This document shows, piece after piece, positions 54,042-63,955 of a DNA stretch of 64,000 nucleotides. The position numbers and the translations under genes are program-made. The stretch comes from an uncultured beta proteobacterium (GTDB lineage: Bacteria > Pseudomonadota > Gammaproteobacteria > Burkholderiales > Casimicrobiaceae). A model generated the notes under the pieces. The model was not told the DNA's origin and did no database searches. It worked only from the letters and a program-made list of their open reading frames with translations. Positions within the stretch are counted from its first letter, which is position 1, and each line of letters opens with the position of its first letter. Where the stretch lies: NCBI GenBank assembly GCA_963733435.1, contig CAVTDH010000014.1, positions 2,266 through 66,265 on the forward strand, written 5' to 3'.

Positions 54042-54523
54042 TGCAGCACCCGCTGGCCGATCGCGAAGACGATGAGCGCGTACCCCGCCGCGAGCAGATC
54101 GTCCGCCATCACGCCGAAGCCGTTCTTCATCGCCGCGTCGAGCTGGCGGATCGGCGGCGGCTTCACGATGTCGAAGAACCGGAACAGCGCGAAGGCGATG
54201 GCGATGCGTTCCGGGGTCGTGCCGGTGAAGAACAGCACGAGCAGGAACGCGACGACCTCGTCGATCACGATGCCGCCGTAGTCGGGCACGCCAAGCGCGC
54301 GCCCCGTCACCTGCGATGCCCAGACGCCCACCGCGAACAGCAGCGCGACCGCGGCCAGGAACGCGGCGTCTCCGCCGTAATGGCGCAGCACCAGCGCGAT
54401 CGGGATCGCGACCAGCGTGCCGAAGGTCCCCGGCGCGAACGGCGCGAGCCCGCTGCCGAAGCCCAGCGCGATGAAGTGCGCCGGATGCTGGAACAGGAAC
54501 CGGAGGCCGGGGCGCGCCGTCAT
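54038..54523 (-). CDS. pgpA: Phosphatidylglycerophosphatase A
   Basis: HFIALGFGSGLAPFAPGTFGT and FDIVKPPPIRQLD motifs, 161 aa. Confidence 0.9.
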   Translation of the reverse strand: MTARPGLRFLFQHPAHFIALGFGSGLAPFAPGTFGTLVAIPIALVLRHYGGDAAFLAAVALLFAVGVWASQVTGRALGVPDYGGIVIDEVVAFLLVLFFTGTTPERIAIAFALFRFFDIVKPPPIRQLDAAMKNGFGVMADDLLAAGYALIVFAIGQRVLQ

Positions 54524-54629
54524 CGCAAGTGCGCCGGATGCTGGAACAGGAACCGGAGGCCGGGGCGCGCCGTCATCGCCAATGCGCCGGAGGCCAGGAC
54601 GGGAACCGCCGATCGGGGCGGGCCATCAT
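54471..54629. repeat. 53-bp x3 tandem repeat of the pgpA start region
   Basis: Units start at 54523 (the real pgpA start), 54576 (about 49 of 53 nt identical) and 54629 (degenerate). On the minus strand each begins with ATGA, overlapping the previous stop. Confidence 0.85.
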
Positions 54630-55594
54630 CGGAAGTGATCGAACCCGGGCGGCAGCACCGGCAACGGCGCGCCGTGTTCGTCGCGCACGACGAGTCCGGG
54701 CGCCGCGGTGATCGCGCCGATGCGGGTGAGCGCCAGGCCGAGTTCGACGGCGATCCCGGCCAGACGCGCGCGCGCCGCCGCGGGCGCGGTGAAGCACAGT
54801 TCGTAGTCGTCGCCGCCCGCCAGCGCGCTGGCCAGCGCGAGCGGGCGCTCGTCGCCGGCGAGCCGTTCCGCCAGCGCAGGCGCGACCGGCACCCGCGCGA
54901 GTTCGATGTCCGCACCGACACCCGACGCCGTCAGGATGTGCGCGAGATCGCCGACCAACCCGTCGGACACGTCGATGGCGGCGGTCGCGACGCCGCGCAG
55001 CCGCTCGCCCAGCGCGACGCGCGGCTCGGGCACGTCGAGCCTGCGTTGCAGCGCCGCCTGCGTGGCGGCCCCGAGTACGGTTCGGCCGTCGAGTCCCGCC
55101 AATGCCAGCGCCGCGTCGCCCAGGCGTCCCGACACGTGGACGTCGTCGCCGGCGCGTGCGCCGGCGCGCGTGATCGCCGTACCCGCCGGCAACTCGCCGA
55201 CGATCGTCAGGCACAGGTTGCGCGGGCCGCGCGTCGTGTCGCCGCCGATCAGCGTCACCGAATGGCGCGCCGCCAGCGCGAACAGGCCGCCCGAGAACGC
55301 GGCGAGCCACGCCTCGTCGGCGTCGGGCAACGCGCCCGCCAGCAGCGCCCAGCGCGGCGTCGCGCCGACGGCCGCCATGTCCGACAGATTCACGGCGAGC
55401 GTCTTGTGGCCGAGCGCCGCCGGGTCGACACCGGGCAGGAAATGCCGGCCCTCGACCAGCATGTCGACCGAGAACGCGAGTTCGTGACCCGGCTTCGGCG
55501 CGACGATCGCCGCGTCGTCGCCGATGCCCGTGCGGACGGCGGGATCGCGGTTCGCGCGCCGGAAGAACCGGTCGATCAGCGCGAACTCGTTCAT
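54626..55594 (-). CDS. thiL: Thiamine-monophosphate kinase
   Basis: MNEFALIDRFF...GIGDDAAIV...FSVDMLVEGRHF...GGDTT...DVSDGL...GGDDYELCFT. Confidence 0.92.
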   Translation of the reverse strand: MNEFALIDRFFRRANRDPAVRTGIGDDAAIVAPKPGHELAFSVDMLVEGRHFLPGVDPAALGHKTLAVNLSDMAAVGATPRWALLAGALPDADEAWLAAFSGGLFALAARHSVTLIGGDTTRGPRNLCLTIVGELPAGTAITRAGARAGDDVHVSGRLGDAALALAGLDGRTVLGAATQAALQRRLDVPEPRVALGERLRGVATAAIDVSDGLVGDLAHILTASGVGADIELARVPVAPALAERLAGDERPLALASALAGGDDYELCFTAPAAARARLAGIAVELGLALTRIGAITAAPGLVVRDEHGAPLPVLPPGFDHFR

Positions 55595-56616
55595 TTCGCC
55601 GCGTCGCCGATCTCGCGCTGCCAGCGCGCGAGCAGCCTCTTGCGTTCCTCCGGCGCGCCGAACTTCATCGGATCGACGTCGAGCGTGGCCGCGCGCGCGA
55701 AGCGCGCGGCCTCCGGACGGATCTCGGCCGCCGCGTTGGCGGGCAGGATCAGGTTGCGCGTCCGGTTCGCCAGTTCCTGCGCGGGCTTGGTCAGCGCCCA
55801 GTCGTAGAACGCGCGCGCCTCGTCGGGATGCGGCGCACCGGCGACGATCGCCATGCCGCCGAGCGCCGCGCCGGTGCCCTCGCAGGGAATCGCAATGTCG
55901 ACGGCGAAGCCCGCGAGCTGCTGCGTGACGAACTCGTGCACGAACGAGACGCCGACCCCGGCCTCGCCGCGGGCGACCGAGGGGCCCTGCGCGGTGCCGG
56001 ACTGCGTGTACCGGATCACGTTGGGACGCAGGCTCGCGAGGTACGCGAACGCGGCGTCCTCGCCGTAGAGCGTGACGAGCGTGGCCAGGATCGTGTAGCC
56101 GGTGCCGCTGGTGACGGGATTGGAGAGCTCGATCTCGTTGCGATACGCGGGCGCGGGCAGGTCCGCCCAGCAGCGCGGCGCGGCCACGCCGCGGCGTGCC
56201 AGCAGGTCCGGATTGGTGCCGAACCCGATGATGATCCGGTAGATCGCGGCGACGCGATAGCCGCTCGCGCGCGTGACGTCGCGCGCCCAGGGTGCCAGCG
56301 CCGCCAGTTGCGGCGACCGGTATTCGACGAACAGGTTCTCGGCGGCCGCCTGCAGGAACGGGTCGATCGTGCCGCCGTACCAGACGTCCGCCTTCGGGTT
56401 CGCGCGTTCGGCGCGCAGCTGCGCGTAGTACTCGCCGGTGGGCTTGCGCGTGATCGACGTCGCGATGCCGGTGTCGCGCTCGAATGTGCGCGCGGCGAGC
56501 TCGCACGCATCGGCGTCGTGGCTGCAATAGACGACCAGCGCGCGGTCGGCGGCGCCTGCGGCACTCGCACCCACCGCCAGGAGCAGCATCGCGGCGCGCG
56601 CGAGCCTCGCCGGCAT
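55591..56616 (-). CDS. Periplasmic solute-binding protein, family 1 (Fe3+/thiamine-type), no permease or ATPase adjacent
   Basis: Signal peptide MPARLARAAMLLLAVGASAAGA, then LVVYCSHDADACE and KADVWYGGT. The stop overlaps the thiL start (ATGA). Confidence 0.8.
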   Translation of the reverse strand: MPARLARAAMLLLAVGASAAGAADRALVVYCSHDADACELAARTFERDTGIATSITRKPTGEYYAQLRAERANPKADVWYGGTIDPFLQAAAENLFVEYRSPQLAALAPWARDVTRASGYRVAAIYRIIIGFGTNPDLLARRGVAAPRCWADLPAPAYRNEIELSNPVTSGTGYTILATLVTLYGEDAAFAYLASLRPNVIRYTQSGTAQGPSVARGEAGVGVSFVHEFVTQQLAGFAVDIAIPCEGTGAALGGMAIVAGAPHPDEARAFYDWALTKPAQELANRTRNLILPANAAAEIRPEAARFARAATLDVDPMKFGAPEERKRLLARWQREIGDAAK

Positions 56617-56622
56617 CCGGCG

Positions 56623-57063
56623 CTACGTCCTCGCCAGCGCGGCGATCTCCGCCGCGCGCGCGCCCGCCGCGTACTTGTCGAGCACGCCGTTGATGAAGCG
56701 GTGCCCGTCGGTGCCTCCGAACGACTTCGCGAGTTCGACGGCCTCGTTGATGACGACCTTGTAGGGAATCTCGACCCGCCGCGAGAGTTCCCACGCGCCG
56801 ATGACGAGGATCGCGCGCTCGATCGGCGAAACCTCCATCGGCTTGCGGTCGAGAAACGGCGCGAGCGCCGCGAGCAGCTCGTCGTGCTCGGCGGCCACGC
56901 CCGTCCACAACTCGTCGAAGTACGCCTTGTCCGAACGCAGGAAGCCGTGGCTCGCCGCGAGGTCCTCGTGGACGGCCGCGTTCGAGTTGCCGGAGAGCGA
57001 TCGCTGGTAGAGACCCTGCAGCACCAGTTCCCGCGAACGGCGGCGCGGGCTAGTCCTGCTCAT
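56623..57063 (-). CDS. nusB: Transcription antitermination factor NusB
   Basis: RRRSRELVLQGLYQ...ERAILVIGAWEL...PYKVVINEAVELAKSFG...FINGVLDK. Confidence 0.95.
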   Translation of the reverse strand: MSRTSPRRRSRELVLQGLYQRSLSGNSNAAVHEDLAASHGFLRSDKAYFDELWTGVAAEHDELLAALAPFLDRKPMEVSPIERAILVIGAWELSRRVEIPYKVVINEAVELAKSFGGTDGHRFINGVLDKYAAGARAAEIAALART

Positions 57064-57517
57064 CGATCGCAGTGAAGAGGTTCGCGAGTTCGAGCGCCGC
57101 CTGCGCGGCCTCGTAACCCTTGGCGTCCATCCGCGCCTCGGCCTGCGCGTCGGTATCGCAGGTCAGGATGCCGTTGCCGATCGGGATGCCGAATTCGAGC
57201 GCGACGCTCGACACGCCCGCCGCCGATTCGTTGCTCACGATCTCGAAGTGATAGGTGTCGCCGCGGATCACGGCCCCCAGCGCGACCAGCGCGTCGAAGT
57301 CGTCGGTCTGCGCGAGCCGCTGCAGCGCGAGCGGCGTTTCCAGCGCACCGGGCACCGTCACGACGGTGATGTGCTCGTCCGCGACGCCGGCGTCCTGGAG
57401 GCCGCGCAGCGCGCCGGCCAGCAATCCGTCGCCGACCGTCGCGTTGAAGCGCGACAGCACGATGCCGACCCGCGCGCCTTCGCCGCGCAGGTCCGGCGCG
57501 ATGCGTTTCACCGGCAT
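57050..57517 (-). CDS. ribH: 6,7-dimethyl-8-ribityllumazine synthase
   Basis: RVGIVLSRFN...VTVPGALE.P...DALVALGAVIRG.T.HFE.V...GIPIGNGILT. Confidence 0.95.
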   Translation of the reverse strand: MPVKRIAPDLRGEGARVGIVLSRFNATVGDGLLAGALRGLQDAGVADEHITVVTVPGALETPLALQRLAQTDDFDALVALGAVIRGDTYHFEIVSNESAAGVSSVALEFGIPIGNGILTCDTDAQAEARMDAKGYEAAQAALELANLFTAIDEQD

Positions 57518-57551
57518 CGCGGGCTCCCGCGGGTCACGAGGGCAACGACGC

Positions 57552-58659
57552 TCACGACGCCCGCCGCTGGTCAGGCTCGCTCTCGTAGCCGGTGACCTCG
57601 AGGCCGAAGCCCGCCATGCTGGGCATCTTGCGCGGCTTGGCCAGCAGCCGCATGCGGCCGACGTTGAGGTCGCGCAGGATCTGCGCGCCGATGCCGTAGT
57701 TGCGCAGGTCCATCTTCGCGGGCGGCGGCGGCGCGTCGGCGACGCGCGCGCTCGCGCAACTCGGCGGCGGACTCCGGCCGGTGCAGCAGCACGACGACGC
57801 CGCGACCCGCCGCGGCGACGGCGGCGAGCGCGCCCGGGATCGTCCACGAGTGCGCGGCGCTGTCGGCTTCGAGCAGGTCCATCACCGACAGCGGCTCGTG
57901 CACGCGGACCAGCGTCTCCGCGTCCGGCGCGATCGGCCCGCGCACCAGCGCGAGGTGCGTGGCGTCGGAGATCTTGTCGCGATAGACGACGAGGCGGAAC
58001 GCGCCATGCGGCGTGTTGATCGGCCGCTCGGCGATGCGCTCGACGATGCGCTCGGTGCGGCTGCGATAGTGGATGAGGTCGGTGATCGCGCCGATCGCCA
58101 GGCCGTGCGTGTGCGCGAACGCCTCGAGGTCGGGCATGCGCGCCATCGTGCCGTCGTCGCGCATGATCTCGCAGATGACCGTCGCCGGCGTCAGGCCCGC
58201 GAGGCGCGCCAGGTCGCATCCGGCCTCCGTGTGCCCGGCGCGCACCAGCACGCCGCCGGGCTGCGCCATCACCGGAAAGATGTGGCCGGGCTGCACGAGG
58301 TCGGCGGCCTTCGCGTCGGGCGCGACGGCCGCCTGCACCGTCCGCGCGCGGTCGGCGGCGGAGATGCCGGTGGTGACGCCTTCCGCGGCCTCGATCGACA
58401 CGGTGAAGTTCGTGCCCTGCCCCGAGCGATTGGCGGCGACCATCAGCGGCAGGCCGAGCTGCCGGCAGCGCTCTTCCTCCAGCGTCAGGCACACGAGGCC
58501 GCGCGCGTGGCGCGCCATGAAGTTGATCGCCTCGGGCGTCACGAAGTCCGCGGCGAGGACGAGATCGCCCTCGTTCTCGCGGTCTTCCTCGTCGACCAGG
58601 ACGACCATGCGCCCCGCCTTCAATTCGGCGACGATTTCCGGAACGGAGGCAAGCGGCAT
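57552..58659 (-). pseudogene. ribBA: Bifunctional 3,4-dihydroxy-2-butanone-4-phosphate synthase / GTP cyclohydrolase II-like protein, one frameshift near 57720-57760
   Basis: DHBP synthase motifs [12 protein letters not shown] and RAGHTEA. The expected C-terminus [40 protein letters not shown] is readable in another frame and ends at 57552. Confidence 0.9.
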
Positions 58660-58749
58660 GCGGAGACTCCCAAGGACCCGGGCGCGACGGCAACGACCGC
58701 GCAGTCCCCGAGTTTACCGCAGGGACGCGAGGAGACTAAGTGTGATGCT

Positions 58750-58945
58750 CGGCGAAGCCCCTCCGGCGAAGACCTTGCACGCAGCCAGCCGCACGACACT
58801 CGTTTCTGCGTGATCTTTCTGGTGGCCGACGCCGGGCCGCCCCAAGGCGGCCACCTGAATTCGCATTTGAAGTACCGGCCGCAAAAGGCGCGACGCCGGC
58901 TTAACTTCATCCACGAGCCGCACGGACGCCTTTTGCGGACGTTCA
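58750..58945 (-). repeat. Structured intergenic repeat, copy 2 (minus orientation); begins directly after the TAG stop at 58946-58948
   Basis: Homologous to 37624-37800. The core hairpin is CCGCAAAAGGCG (58879-58890) with CGCCTTTTGCGG (58927-58938). It carries an extra nested GC hairpin at 58821-58855 (GGTGGCCG...CGGCCACC). Confidence 0.6.
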
Positions 58946-59582
58946 CTACGCGGCCCCGGCGACGAGCACCGTCCGGCGCACGTGGTCGGGCGCGCCGAGG
59001 CACGCGACGACGAACGCGGCGACGTCCGCGCGCGCGACGCGCCGGTGCGGTCCGGTGCCCGGTCCCGCGAGCACACGATAACGGCCAAGGGCGGGCCCGT
59101 GGGTCATCGCCACCGGCCGCACGAGCGTCCATTCGAGCGAACTCTGCGCGACCTGGATCTCCTGCCGGTCCTTGTCCGCGAAGACGCTCGCGTGCAGCAG
59201 CGGGCGCAGCACGCGCTCGTACAGGAACCCGCGCTCGCCGCGGCTGTCGCCGGCACCCGCCGCAGTGACGCATACGAGCCGCCGCACGCCATGCGTGGCC
59301 ATCGCGGACAGCAGGAATTGCGTGCCGCGCGAGAACACGTGGACGGCGCGGCGCGTGGGGTTGACGCCCGACCGCCCACACGACGGCGTCCTGGTCGCGC
59401 ACGGCGCGGTCCACGTCGTCGGCATCGCCGGCGTCGCCGGGAACGACGCGCAGTCCCGTGAGCGTCGTCTCGAAGCGCGCCGCGTCGCGCGCCATCACCG
59501 TGAGCGTGTGGCCCGCGGCGTGCGCGGCCAGCACGACGGCGCGACCGAGTCCGCGCGTGCCGCCGATGACCAGGAGCTTCAT
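58946..59582 (-). pseudogene. NAD(P)H-binding (atypical SDR / NmrA-like) protein, one frameshift near 59370
   Basis: MKLLVIGGTRGLGRAVV is the Rossmann GxxGxxG motif, in the frame of ORF 58620-61097. The remainder is ORF 58946-59425. ATGA overlap with the RND gene stop. Confidence 0.8.
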
Positions 59583-62500
59583 TCGGCCGGTGCCGGTGAG
59601 AACGCACTGCCGGGACGCACGCGGAACCACGCCGCGTACAGCGCCGGCAGGAACACGAGCGTCAGCACGGTCGCGACGACGATGCCACCCATCATCGCGA
59701 CCGCCATGGGCCCGAAGAAGTCGCTGCGTGCGAGCGGAATCAGCGCGAGCACGGCCGCGGCCGCGGTCAGCACGATCGGTCGGAAGCGCCGTACCGTGGC
59801 GCCGATCACCGCGTCCCACGGCGAGAAGCCGGCCGCGATGTCCTGGTCGATCTGGTCGACCAGGATGATCGAGTTGCGCATGATGATCCCGGCGAGCGCG
59901 ATGGTGCCCAGCATCGCGACGAACCCGAACGGCTTGCCGAACGCGAGCAGCGCAAGCACGACGCCGATGAGCCCGAGCGGTGCCGTCATCACCACCATCG
60001 CGGTGCGCGCGAAGCTGCGCAGCTGGATCATCAGCAGCGTGAGCACGGTGAACACCAGCAGCGGCATGCCCGCGACGATGGACTTCTGCCCGCGCATCGA
60101 ATCCTCGATCGCGCCGCCCAGCTCGATCCGGTAGCCGAGCGGCAGCTCGGCGCGGATCGGCGCCAGCGCGCGCTCGATCCGGTTCGCGACGTCCGGTCCC
60201 TGCGCGTCGCCGCGCACGTCGGAGCGCACGGTGATCGTCGGCAGCCGGTTGCGCCGCCAGACGATGCCGTCCTCGAGTTCGTAGCGGATCTGCGCGATCT
60301 GCGTGATCGGCACGGCGCGGCCGTTGCGCGAGGGGATCGCCAGGTCCTTGAGGAAGCTCATGCGCGCGCGCTCGTCGGCGGCGCCGCGCAGCAGCACCTC
60401 GATCTGCCGGTCGCGCTCGCGGAAGTAGGTGACCGAGTAGCCCGACAGCGAGTTGTTGAGGAACGTCGCGAGTTCCTGCGACGAGATGCCGAGCACGCGC
60501 GCCTTGTTCTGGTCGATGAGCACCTTGATGACCTTCGACGGCTCGTCCCAGTCGAACTGCACGCTCGCCGTCTCGGGGTCCGCGCGCATCACTTCCGCGA
60601 CGCGCTGCGCGATGCCGCGCACGACCGCGATGTCGTCGCCCGACACGCGGAACTGCACGGGAAAGCCGACCGGCGGACCGTTCTCGAGCCGCGAGATCCG
60701 ACCGCGCAGTTCCGGGAAGTCCGACTCGAACAGCGCGAGCAGGCGGTGGCGCACCTCCTCCCGCGCCTCGATGCTCTTCGCGATCAGCACCACCTGCGCG
60801 AAGTTCGACTGCTGCAACTGCTGGTCGAGCGGCAGGTAGAAGCGCGGCGAACCGGTGCCGACGTACGAGACGAAGCTCTCGACGCCCGGGTCGCGGTCGA
60901 GCACCGCCTCGAGCTTCTTCGTCGCGGCCAGCGACGCCGCGAACGAGCTGCCCTCGGGCAGGCGCAGGTCGACCAGCAGCTCGACGCGCGAGGACGCCGG
61001 GAAGAACTGCTGCGGCACGAACCGGAACAGCGCGAGCGCGCCGGCGAAGACCGCGAGCGTACCCACCAGGATCAGCACCCGGTGGCCGACGCACCACGCG
61101 ATCGTGCGCCGCAGCGCGTTGTAGAACGGGGTCCGGTAGACCGATTCCGGGTCGTCATCGGCGTCGGGATCGCGCACCGGGAGCGGCCGGCCGGTCGCGC
61201 GCGACAGGAGCCGCCGCCACAGCGAAGGCGCGTGCGCCTGCGCGCGGTCGGGCAGCATCCGGTATCCGAGGTACGGGATCACGACGACCGCCACCACCCA
61301 CGAGGCGATCAGCGCGATCGCCGAGACCTCGAAGATCGAGCGGGTGTATTCGCCCGTGCCGCTCTTCGCGGTCGCGATCGGCAGGAACCCGGCCACGGTC
61401 ACCAGCGTCCCGGTGAGCATCGGGAACGCGGTGCTCGTGTACGCGAAGCTCGCCGCGCGGAAGCGGTCGTAGCCCTGCTCCAGCTTGATCGCCATCATCT
61501 CGACCGCGATGATCGCGTCGTCGACGAGGAGCCCCAGCGACAGGATCAGCGCGCCGAGCGAGATCTTGTGCAGGCCGATGTCGAACAGCCACATGCACAG
61601 GAACGTGATCGCCAGCACCAGCGGGATCGACACCGCGACGACGAGGCCCGTGCGCAGGCCGAGGCTCACCAGCGACACCGCGAGCACGATCAGCACCGCC
61701 TCGGTGAGCGAGCGCAGGAACTGGTTGATCGACCGCTGCACGGCGCGCGGCATGCTCGCGACCTGCGCGAGCTCGACGCCGACGGGCATCTGCGTCGGCG
61801 ATCCGCGCGGTGACGCGGTCGAGCTCGTGGCCCAGCTCGATCACGTCGCCGCCCTTCACCATCGTGACGCCGAGGCCGAGCGCCTCGCGGCCGTGCCAGC
61901 GCATCTTCTGCTGCGGCGGGTCCACGTAGCCGCGCGTCACCTTCGCGATGTCGCCCAGTCGGATCACCCGGTTGTTCGCGCGGATCGAGATCTCGCGGAT
62001 CGCGTCGACGTTGTCGAACGCGCCCGTGGGCCGCACGTAGATGCGGTCGGTCTGCGTGTCGAACACGCCCGACGGCGCCACCGCGTTCTGCTTCGCGAGC
62101 GTCTCGATGATCAGCGCGGGCTCGATCCCGAGCGTGGCGAGCTTGCTGTTGGCGAGCTCGATGAAGATCTTCTCCTCCTGCTCGCCGATGAAGTCGACCT
62201 TCGCGACCCCCGGCACGCGCAGCAGCTCCGCGCGCACGCGGTCGCCGAACTCCTTCAGCTCGCGGTAGCCGAAGCCGTCGCCGGTCAGCGCGTAGATGTT
62301 CGTGTACGTGTCGCCGAACTCGTCGTTGAAGAACGGGCCCTGGACGCCCGCCGGCAACTGGTTGCGGATGTCGCCGATCTTCTTGCGCACCTGGTAGAAC
62401 GCGTCCGCCGCGCTGCCCGGCGGCGCCGAATCCTTGAGCGCGAAGAACACGAGCGATTCGCCGGGCCGCGAATAGCTGCGCACCCAGTCGATGTTCATGA

Positions 62501-62762
62501 TCTCCTGCAGCTTGCGCTCCACCCGGTCGGTCACCTGCTGCTCGACGTCGTGCGCGGTGGCGCCCGGCCAGTTGGTCTTGACCACCATCACGCGGAACGT
62601 GAACGGCGGATCCTCGGACTGCCCGAGCCGCTGGTACGCGAGCGTCCCCGCGATCGCGAGGACGAGGATCAGGTAGAGCACGAGCGAGCGATGGGTCAAC
62701 GCCCATTCGGAGAGGTTGAAGCGCGAACCGGCGGCGCCGCCGGGCGGGATCGGGGACGTCAT
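59579..62762 (-). pseudogene. RND efflux transporter permease (AcrB/MdtB-like), one frameshift near 61790-61810
   Basis: About 1060 aa with 12 TM helices and two large periplasmic loops. The N-terminal third is in ORF 61155-62762 and the remainder in ORF 59579-61789. Confidence 0.9.
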
Positions 62763-62782
62763 CGCGACACTCGAGGGCGACG

Positions 62783-63955
62783 CTAGCCGCGCGCCGGGGC
62801 CTTGGGCGCGACCGCGTCCCGCGCGGCGCCGGGCGCGCCGGTCGGCGGCGGCGCGGCCGGCACCGCGACGGACGGGCCGGTGTCGTAGGGGCGAACGACC
62901 TGTCCGGGCACCAGCTTGTTGACGCCGGCCGCGACGATCCAGTCACCGCTTGCGACGCCCGACGTCACCAGCACGCCGTCCTCGCGATACTGGCCGATCG
63001 TGACCACCGCGAGCGCCACGCGGCCGGTCGCCGGGTCGTAGCGCCACACGGCCGGCTTGCCGTCCTTCTGGTAGATCGACGTCAGCGGCAGCAGCGCCGC
63101 CGCCGCGTCGCCGGCGGCCAGCAGCCCGACGTTGGCCGTCATGCCCCATTGCACGGCGGGGTCGGGCGCGACGATCGACACGCGCACGGGGAACGTCCGC
63201 GTGATCGGGTCGACGGCCGGCGAGACTTCGCGCACCTTGGCCGCATAGGTCTTGCCGGGCACCGCCCACAGCACGGCGACGAGCTGCTTCGCGGCAGCGA
63301 GTTCGCCGATCCGGTTTTCCGGAACGCTGATCGCCACTTCGCGCTCTTCCTCGCGCGCGATCCGCACGACTGCCTGGCCCGCAGCGACCACCTGGCCCGG
63401 TTCGGCCAACACGGCGGTGACGACGCCGTCCTCGTTGGCGACCAGCGTCGAATAGCCCGCCTGGTTCTGCGCGACCGCGAGGTTGGCCTTCGCCTGCTCG
63501 AACTTCGCGCGGTTCGCCTCGAACGTGTTGCGCTTGGCGTCGAGCGCGGACGCGCTGATGAATTTCTCCTGCAGCAGCTTCTGGTACCGCTCGTATTCCG
63601 CCTGCGCGAACTTGTATTCGGTCTCGGTGGCGGCGACCTGCGCCTTGGCGGCTTCGGCCTGCAGGCCCACGTCGGCGGGGTCGAGGCGGGCGAGGACGGC
63701 GCCCCGGCGCACGCGCGCGCCGACGTCGACCGACCGCGCAACCAGCTTGCCGCCGATGCGAAAGCCCAGGTCAGCCTCGTGGCGGGGCCGCACTTCGCCC
63801 GCGAAGACCGCCGTGTCGAGCGTGCCGCCCTGCACGACCTGCACGAGCCGGACCGGCCGCACGACCTCGGGCGGCGACGCCTTCTCGCCGCATCCGGCGA
63901 GCACCAGGATCGCGGCCGCGACGAGGGCGGCGCCTGCCTGCGCGCGCATCGTCAT
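62783..63955 (-). CDS. RND efflux periplasmic adaptor (membrane fusion protein, HlyD family)
   Basis: Lipoprotein signal ILVLAGC, coiled-coil hairpin (LQAEAAKAQVAATETEYKFAQAEYERYQKL), and lipoyl and beta-barrel domains. Confidence 0.9.
   Translation of the reverse strand: MTMRAQAGAALVAAAILVLAGCGEKASPPEVVRPVRLVQVVQGGTLDTAVFAGEVRPRHEADLGFRIGGKLVARSVDVGARVRRGAVLARLDPADVGLQAEAAKAQVAATETEYKFAQAEYERYQKLLQEKFISASALDAKRNTFEANRAKFEQAKANLAVAQNQAGYSTLVANEDGVVTAVLAEPGQVVAAGQAVVRIAREEEREVAISVPENRIGELAAAKQLVAVLWAVPGKTYAAKVREVSPAVDPITRTFPVRVSIVAPDPAVQWGMTANVGLLAAGDAAAALLPLTSIYQKDGKPAVWRYDPATGRVALAVVTIGQYREDGVLVTSGVASGDWIVAAGVNKLVPGQVVRPYDTGPSVAVPAAPPPTGAPGAARDAVAPKAPARG

Noticed and set aside
49787-54629. 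Whether the tandem repeats at 49.8, 53.1 and 54.5 kb could be a CRISPR array.
   Set aside because: There are only 2-3 units each, the units are directly adjacent with no unique spacers, two of the three repeats lie inside or overlap coding sequence, and no cas genes are present.
58660-58945. Possible FMN (RFN) riboswitch in the ribBA leader.
   Set aside because: The conserved RFN blocks are not present (GGGGCGAAATTCCCCACCGGCGGT, AGCCCGCGAGC, CAGCAGATCCGGT, GTCCGGATGGGAGA, as I recall them from the E. coli ribB leader). Only loose fragments such as GCGGTAAA and GTCCTTGGGAG occur. Most of the spacer is a dispersed repeat that also occurs at 37.6 kb with no rib gene nearby. A cmsearch would be decisive.
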